DNA from: Neolecta irregularis DAH-3 | Lineage: Eukaryota | DNA length: 33,861 nucleotides | Assembly: GCA_001929475.1 (NCBI GenBank) | Contig: LXFE01000343.1 | Location: 1-33,861, forward strand | Direction: 5' to 3' | Shown: in pieces, positions 25,901 to 33,861 of the stretch | Layout: the number at the start of each line of letters is the position of its first letter | Position numbering within the stretch: the first letter of the stretch is position 1 | The notes under the pieces: model-generated | Databases searched by the model: none | Seen by the model: the letters and a program-made list of their open reading frames with translations, nothing else | What the model was told of the DNA's origin: nothing | Position numbers and translations under genes: made by a program

Positions 25901-28900
25901 AGCTTGCTTTCCCATACCGGCGAGTTGCCAAAAGACGAGGAAACCTCGGACTTTATATTCGTTCGGAAATTTGCTCTAGAGGGGATTTTGAAAGCATTCA
26001 AGGAAGACACCGTTCACTATGAAACTCTCGACGCCCGTTATACTCGCTATATAGTACTATCCGAGTTGATTTTCAAATGTATTGTCCCCAAAGAAAATAT
26101 TCAGCAAGGTTTACGTCGCATCGCAGTGGATACAAATGATAAACTTGAGAAGCTTATGTTCGAGAAAAATTACATCAACGTTCTAACAAGCGTCGTTTCT
26201 GATGTTGATCTTAACTTTCCTACAGCAAGCCGAGTAGCTCGAAAGATTCTAAAGCCGCTTAAGCACTTGACGAGTGTTGCTAGCAAAATCACGGAGACCC
26301 GCGATGTCAATATTGGCGATGAAATTTCAATTGCTGAAAGTCTTTCTGACGCTGGGTCTGATGGTCGCGAAGAAACACCAGACTTTTATCGTAATTCTTC
26401 TCTGGGAATGTTACATGGAGACATGGAAGAAACTGAAGGTTCTGAAGAATTCGACGAGAACCAAGACGAGGATATGTATGACGAGATGGATTTCGATGAA
26501 GAAATGTCAGGAAGCGGGGGAAGTGGAGGAAGCGCTGTCAGTGACGAAGAGAGCGAGCATGAGCATGATCTTGGTCATGATGATATGAACGTGAGTGTTT
26601 TGTCATTTCGACACCGATACTGATTACATAGGTCGAAGTCGTACTCGAGGAGGAAGATGACTCAGAAGACAGTGATGATGAATCTCATTCTGATGAAGAC
26701 ACAGAAGCTAGCGCAGATAGGTATTCTGATACAGGTGGCCTTGAAGTTGTGGCCGATGACGAAAATGAGGGTCAAGAAGAATGGCAAACGGAATCTGAAG
26801 GGTCAAACGAACACGAATCTGAAGCAGCGGCGCGGCGCTTAGCAAGCACCCTCGAGACGATGCAACAATTTCCTGGAGGGGGAGCCGTTGGTCGAGCTCG
26901 AGAAGATCCATTCAATGAAGAGATAGGTGAAGAATCCGATGACGAAGAAGCAGACATGGATGGAGATGATGGATTTCTAGATGGAGACGATGATGACGAG
27001 GAGGCAATGGACGACTTTCAGTGGAGCTGGGGGCCTGATCTTGGTGATGGGAGCGGTGTACCTACTATACGACCACGTTCGCATAGATTCGTGTCTCGTC
27101 ACGTACGCGGACTTGGTTAGGCCCTTTGAATCATTTCCTTGCTTATACCCTTTAGAAGACGTGCCTATGTTTAGACGCAACAGGATCGATGCGCCTGCGA
27201 ATCGAAATGATGAATGGGTTTCGCATCCTCTCCTCCAAAACCCAGCTACGAATCAGCGGGCAAATCCCATTTCTGGAGCAGAACCTGACAATGTTGAGAG
27301 ACGGCATGCTGTTCGTCTCGAACAATTCACAGATTGGGTCCAATCGCTTCAAGATTTCACTGGAAACGGGGGTGTTCATGTTCTCGGCGACATCCTCAGC
27401 CGTGCTACTGCGAGAAGTGCACTGCAACCTGGGGGTATTAGAGTAGAACTTACCACAACAGGCCCTGTCGCTGCTCGTGAACTTGAGGCTCTTTTTGGTG
27501 GAAGAGCTGCCCTAAGGAACGACTTTTCTCGAAGTCACGTAAAACAACAAGATACCTTCCATTATATCAAAGCCTTTCTACCTGCAACAACATCTCAACG
27601 ATGGCAAGACGAGGCACGAATCATGTACGGCAACAATTATCTTGAAATCGCCAATCGAAGCGTCAATATCTTTCTAAATCGCTTGCTTCCCGAAGCTCAT
27701 GAAGTAGAGCGACTTCGAAAAGAAACGCAGGCCAGAGCCATTGAAGATCGCCGTGCTCAAGCCGAGAAGAAAGCTGCAGAAGAGGCTGATCAGCAACGCA
27801 TCAAGGCTGAAGAAGAAGCTGTTCGGGTAGCTAAAGAAGAAGCCGAAAGGAAGGCTCGCGAAGAAGAGGAAAGGATTCGTGCTGGGGCTGAGGCTGAGGC
27901 TGAGGCTTCCAATGCCGATAACTTAAATGAAGCAATGGAAGGAGTCGAACGAAACGAATCTGTTGATCAACCTGCTGGTGGAATAGGTCCTTCCATTCCA
28001 ACAGAACGTCGAGTTGTCAACATTTCCGGACGAGAATTCGATATCACAGACCTGGAAATTGATGTCGAATTTCTTGAGGCGCTGCCAGAAGAAATGCGAG
28101 AAGAAGTTCTCACCCAAGCGATTCGCGAGCAACGCCCAGAACGTTTGACCGATCAGTCGACTGAGATTAATCAGGAATTTCTTGATGCACTACCGGCAGA
28201 AATTCGTGCAGAAATTCTCGCACAAGAAGCATCCGACCGAAGTCGGAGAAGCCAGCAATCACGTCGAGGTCAGGATCCTAGCCCTGGTGCCTCTCATACA
28301 AATGCCCAGTTGGGTGATTTAGGATTCCCTGATCTTATCACGACATTAGACCCAGCTCTTCGTAACTCGGTCCTCGCTGAACACGACGGAGAGGTCTTGA
28401 GTAATCTTCCGCCTCACCTTCTCGCTGAAACTAGCGATCTTCGAAGAGCACTTCCCACTGACATGCGGGATCTTCGTGGTGGGTTTGACGGGCTACAGGC
28501 ACGGTATGGAGCTCTTCGGCATGCTTTTAGGGACCTCAAACGTCCCACCAACCCACCCGACTCTAAATCACAGAAAAAAGATGCCGTTCAACTTCTCGAT
28601 AAGTCTGGTATTTCTGCTCTCATCCGTCTCGTTTTCCTTCTGCAAAACCCTATCCGCACAACTCTGTCAGATGTACTCCTCAATGTCTGCGAAAACAAAC
28701 ATAACCGTGCGGAAGTTGTAACTTTGCTTTTATCGGTACTTCAAGATGCAACATACAACTTGAGTTCGATCGAGAAGAGTTTCGCTCAACTAACCTCTCG
28801 TGTCTCCAAAAATACTCCTAGCACACCGAAATCTGCTTCTAAGCAACGTCAAAGCGGCTTCCCTACTCTATCATTATCAAAATCTCTGGGAGAGGATGCC

Positions 28901-31453
28901 CCGAATTTGGTTACTCAGCAATGTATTTTTATTCTAAATCATCTTGTCGTTAACAACGAACATTTGCCATCATTTTTCCTTAACGAACATGAAACTGCTG
29001 CTCTTAGCTTAAAAAGATCTTCCAGCCGGAAGGGAAAAGGCAAGGAGCCTGCTCGGAATTCGAAATACCCGGTTAACACACTCCTTGGGTTGCTGGATCG
29101 TTCAATCATTCTAGACAATTCCTCAACCGTCGAAACATTTGCACGATTACTCTCTATTGTTACACGACCTCTTATGATGCTGCTCCGAAAGGATAGGGCT
29201 AAGGATTTGCCAAAGAGTGGAAGTAAAGAGGATGAGAAGATGAAAGAAAACCTGGGTTTCTCTGAGGTAACACATACTCAAGGTTTACATCATCTTCGAT
29301 TACAGACTGATTTCTGCAGACCCAAATACTTCTCTAGCTGCTCCAGAAATCCTGTCAATAGCGAAAAAAGACGATTCTGAGGGAAAGAGAAAAACTAAAA
29401 CCCTTCAACCTCCTCAGATTGCGGAAGCAAACATCAAGCTAATCTGCAACATCTTAAAAGCTCGTGATTGTGGTAGTAAGACCTTTCAATATACTCTCGC
29501 CACTATGCAGCACCTCTCGGCATTACCGGAAGCTAAACAAATATTTGCCATTGAACTTGCGAAGTCTGCGCAGGACTTAAGTGGGACTATTTTGCCAGAT
29601 CTAGAAGAGCTCCTCTCGCAGATACAAGGTGCACCTCCAGATTCAGAAATTAATGGACAAGCACTATCCCGATTCTCTCCTGCCAGCTCTCATCAGACTA
29701 AACTTTTACGAATCCTTAAAGCAATCGATTACCTCTTCGATCGTAATGCGAAGCCACCTGCAATTGACTCTGATAGAGAAGAAGTGACCAAATACGAAGC
29801 CGAAAAATCGCGTATTCACAACGCCTATCAACAACTTTCATTTGGCATGGTATGGAAAATATTAAGCGAGTGTCTTTCGGCTGTACGCTCAAGGCCGGAG
29901 AACATGCATATCGCGTCTGTCCTACTACCGCTTATCGAGGCCTTGATGGTAGTATGCAAAAACGCAGGTATCAAAGACGCCAAATCTCCTAGTGTATTCC
30001 GTCAAACAATCCTAACCAGAAATGATACAATGGAAACCCTTTTTTTCAATTTCACCGAAGAGCACAGAAAAATTCTTAATCAAATGGTTCGTGCTACGCC
30101 TTCGCTGATGAGCGGCTCATTTGCGCTACTGGTCCAAAATCCAAAAGTTCTTGAATTTGATAACAAACGGAATTACTTTAGTAGAAAGTTACATGAAAAA
30201 GCAAACCGAGAAAATCACGGAGTTCTACAGCTTAACATTCGGAGGGATCTTATTTTCTTGGATTCTTATCGTGCTTTGTATTTCAAATCCGGGGATGAAA
30301 TGAAATATTCCAAACTCAACATCCGATTTGCTGGCGAAGATGGTATCGATGCGGGAGGATTGACTCGAGAGTGGTACCAAGCTCTTGCAAGGCAAATGTT
30401 CAATCCCGATTATGCACTCTTCACGCCAGTCGCCTCCGATCGCACAACATTCCATCCGAATCGAACTTCAGCGATCAACCCGGAACATCTTTCGTTCTTC
30501 AAGTTCGTAGGTCGAATTATCGGTAAGGCGTTGTATGATGGGCGGCTGTTGGATTGCCACTTTAGTCGAGCCGTTTATAAACATATTTTGGGGAAACCGG
30601 TTGCTCTTAAAGATATTGAAACACTTGATTTGGATTACTACAAATCACTACAGTGGATGCTAGAAAACGATATTACTGACATTATCACGGAAACGTTTTC
30701 AATCGAATCGGACGAATATGGAGAGAGAAAGATTGTAGATCTTATCCCAAATGGCCGTAGCATTACCGTTACGGAAGAGAACAAGCATGAATATGTTCGT
30801 TTAGTGGTGGAATATCGTTTGAACACTAGTATTCAAGATCAGTTGTCCAACTTCCTCACTGGTACGCGATTGCTATCCTCCCTGTAATCTCATACTTTAG
30901 GATTCACAGATATCATCCCGGAAGACCTTGTTAAAATTTTTAACGAGCAAGAACTGGAACTTCTTATATCTGGTTTACCTGATATTGACGTTGATGACTG
31001 GAGGAATAATACAGAGTATGCCATCAAGTGAAAGGCTTACTGACCTGTGCAGATATCATAATTACAATGTGTCCTCACCTCAAATTCAATGGTTTTGGCG
31101 AGCAGTACGCTCGTTTGACCCAGAAGAAAGAGCCAAACTTTTGCAGGTATACAATATCTACAAATGATTACTGATGTGAAAGTTTGCCACTGGGACCTCA
31201 AAAGTGCCATTAAATGGCTTCAAGGAACTTGAAGGAATGGGTGGGCAACATCAACGCTTTAACATCCATCGTGACTACGGATCTGCTGATCGACTACCTC
31301 AGAGTCATACATGTTTCAACCAGGTATTCTTTCAGTATGTTTTACATCTTCTGACTACAACAGGTGGATTTGCCTGAGTACGAAACTTACGAGCAGTTGC
31401 GGAGCACTTTGTTGAAGGCGATTACAGAGACGCAAGGGTTTGCTTTCGCTTAG
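19905..31453 (+). CDS. TOM1: Large HECT E3 ubiquitin ligase Tom1/Ptr1/HUWE1, roughly 3650 aa, 15 short introns
   Basis: [19 protein letters not shown] (DUF908 region), FVHNEPTSY (DUF913), a UBA domain ([15 protein letters not shown]...ATEWLLAHP), an acidic region, UBM repeats ([15 protein letters not shown]) and a HECT domain ([15 protein letters not shown]...[10 protein letters not shown]...GFAFA*). Confidence 0.97.
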
Positions 31454-31583
31454 AATGTTTTGGTTGTGAATTAAGGAATTGCTGACTGGTTCTGTTTTTC
31501 TCTATCTGGCTTCTGCATTAACATAGAACATGTCTTTAGTATTTTCTTTTGTTTAGGGTTGCACATACATATTGATTCAATCA

Positions 31584-32254
31584 GGGTGCGTTCGTCAGCC
31601 ACCATAAAAAAAATGGGTGCGTTTGGCAGCCTCTTTTTATGCCCAGTTTGGCCAGAATTTCATGAAATTCGCATTTGACATGCGCGTCTTGCAACCACAA
31701 AATAGACTCGTTTTTTTATGATGTAAAGAGATCAGTGATAAGGAATTGCGATTCAGTAAAATTTGGCACGGGACTGCGAAACGGATTTTTTAGAATTATG
31801 CGAAATAGATTTTTAGTTTCACGTTTTCGGATTTTATGAAATTATTTTGAGGGTGCTGCCAAACGCACCCTATATGTATCATGATATTCAAAACGGGAAA
31901 TCTTCCTCGCTGACTACTCACAGTCCAACTTTGCATTCCCCCTCTTCTTCCCCGCTTCCCCCCTGGTTTGGCAGCAGCAGCAAAATCAGCAGGCTGTGAT
32001 GGACATTTTTGTGTTCTATTCAAATAAGCAGTATAATCTTTGTTTATAGAAGTAGCTCTATTTCCATTTATGCGTGTGATTGAAATAAAGTGGATACTTT
32101 GTTGAAGTGTTTCTAGGATTCCATTGGGAATATCTCAAGAGGACCAGCATGAGAATTTTCGAATTTGTGGTGCCCGGAACACGATGTGAAATTCGAATAT
32201 GTCAAAACTAATATTATGATAATTGGGTGAAAATGGTGGCTGCCGAATATTCTC
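31584..32254. mobile_element. Outer degenerate TIR element (PIF/Harbinger-like MITE)
   Basis: gggtgcgttcgtcagccaccat (31584-31605) is the inverted complement of atggtggctgccgaatattctc (32233-32254) at 16 of 22 positions, 14 of 15 in the inner part. Confidence 0.5.
31615..31870. mobile_element. 256-bp MITE with perfect 16-bp TIRs, PIF/Harbinger (Tourist)-like
   Basis: GGGTGCGTTTGGCAGC (31615-31630) pairs with GCTGCCAAACGCACCC (31855-31870). The interior is AT-rich and non-coding. GGG...GTTTGG termini resemble PIF/Harbinger TIRs. The flanks AAT and TAT form only an imperfect TSD. Confidence 0.75.
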
Positions 32255-32564
32255 TTTGTGTTAGGAAATTAACGTGCAATACTTGCTTAGACCAATGACG
32301 CTTGCTTTAACTCCACTCATCCATAGCCGAACTTCCTTTCGACGACAACGATATGATGTCTTACTCTCCAATGCTGAATGAGTCCAGCATCAAGAGTACG
32401 AGTGACAAAGCAACCCTTGGGGTCTATAAATGCAGCTTTTATCAGGATAAGGGGACTTTTAATTTCAATTTTTAAACTTCGTTGATTTGGATTCTTCTAC
32501 GCTGGACGTGTCATCTGTTCCTCGTGAGTGCTTTCTTCTTAATTAGCATTCACGCTCAGGAACC

Positions 32565-33861
32565 ATGAAATCCTTTGTTATTTTCTCGCTTGCTTTCCAT
32601 GCAGCTGCGCTGCCTGTAAATAAACAAACTTCTGATATTTATGCGAGTTCTACGAGCAAGACAACTCTACAGTTGAACAGAATGCAAAACCTCGGCCTCG
32701 AAATTCGTACAAAAGCATCCATGAAATTTACTTCTAGTGCGCGTGGTATCATTCTTAATTATCTCTGACAAGCTGAAAGTTATAGGGATAGAGTTTAAAG
32801 GAGGTGCTAAATCTAACATCGAAGGAACAGTAGTACCCGTTGGTATATCTTTTAATATACAGTATCTTTATACTAAATGTATCAGATGCCAGTGTCCAGA
32901 TTTTAGCAGAGACCAAAGCGCACTTTGGCAAGACCAGTAGAAATCCACTTGCACGAATCGATAAACACAGGACAAAAGAGCCTGAAATGTCGCTCGTCTC
33001 TGTTGCTAAATCCAAGGCGGCTACAGAAATCAAAAATGGCCGAGTCACAGGTATTAGAGTTGTGATAAACCCTGGCTGATCGATAGCTATTGATACCGAA
33101 GCGCATACAAATATTAGAGCAAAGGAAAAGCTACAATCACGTATTTATCAAATGTTTCATTATCTGAACTGACCAAAGCCGAAATCCAAACTGACGCTGA
33201 TTCCAAAGTATCAGTCGATCTCGCTCAACATTCCTTTGCACTGCCAGATAGATCTGAAACAAAAGGAAAGGAAGAATCAATGGTAATGATTAAAACCAGC
33301 GCCTCAGCCTCTCTACAAATGGAAGGCGGGTCGATCAAAACTGATGTTGAATCAGTGGCAAAATTTAAAGCAGATAACCTCGATCCAACGAGTACGATTA
33401 ACAGAACAGGACTGTAGCCTAAACATTAGATCTTGATACTCAAAGCAACGCTAAAGTTAATATTCAGCGACCAGTTTCTACACTCTCTGCTAGAAAGCAG
33501 AAGAAACTGCCGACCCTCTCGAATAAAACATCAAATGAAAACAAAAGGGTTATCAACAAGCAGAGTAAGTTTTAAATACCCTTCTGAGTTTTAAAATAAT
33601 GAAGTAGGCAATTCAGAAAACCCTTCTCCTTCCAAACCATCGACTCTTTCAGCTCATAGAATTTCATCATCAGGACCAAACTCAAAACCCAAGAGGCCGG
33701 TTAAATTTATTACCGACACAAATGCTATATCTACGGCAAAAATTGGGTCAGATCTACCTGTCAATACCTTGCCTTTTTCAATTCTTCCTTCTACTAGAAT
33801 TACGGCAACATCGTCAGCAGACGTGAAGATTGAAACTGTTCCACTTAGACCAGAACCTTCG
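32565..33861 (+). CDS. Orphan secreted Ser/Thr/Ala/Lys-rich repeat protein, 3'-truncated; introns 32746-32779 (or -32785), 32843-32885, 33051-33086, 33141-33178, 33392-33429, 33565-33607
   Basis: Signal peptide MKSFVIFSLAFHAAA-LP. Six GTA...AG introns give a continuous frame to the window end. A TATAAA lies at about 32425 and a probable 5'UTR intron at 32524-32559. Confidence 0.8.

Noticed and set aside
19905-31453. TOM1 appearing as many separate ORFs (possible pseudogene, frameshifting or split gene)
   Set aside because: Fifteen canonical GT-AG introns restore one frame through the catalytic HTCFN motif; the UBA, UBM and acidic regions are expected for the family.

Overview
Eukaryotic (fungal) nuclear DNA, gene-dense and intron-rich. 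About 65 GT-AG introns were reconstructed by hand, all roughly 31-48 nt. This compact architecture and the protein sequences suggest an early-diverging ascomycete (Taphrinomycotina, Neolecta-like); the taxon is an inference. Thirteen genes were reconstructed, in order: SRPK kinase SKY1/dsk1 (-), pterin-4a-carbinolamine dehydratase (+), an orphan secreted protein (-), BRL1/BRR6 (-), a KapC/Yap-type bZIP (-), NIC96 (-), ARP5 (+), a 124-aa coiled-coil gene missed by the ORF track (-), RPS6 (+), a Polycomb EED/ESC homolog with an intact methyl-lysine cage (+), TSR2 (-), the HECT ligase TOM1/ptr1/HUWE1 (+) and a truncated orphan secreted protein with beta-strand repeats (+). Non-coding features include a nested pair of PIF/Harbinger-like MITEs after TOM1, a possible solo LTR and a Homol-D-like box. 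The most interesting signals are the minimal EED (possible PRC2 in a fission-yeast relative), the secreted beta-repeat protein with only phase-1 introns, and apparently distance-driven 3' splice-site choice, including GAG acceptors. No database searches were run; family calls rest on recalled motifs.
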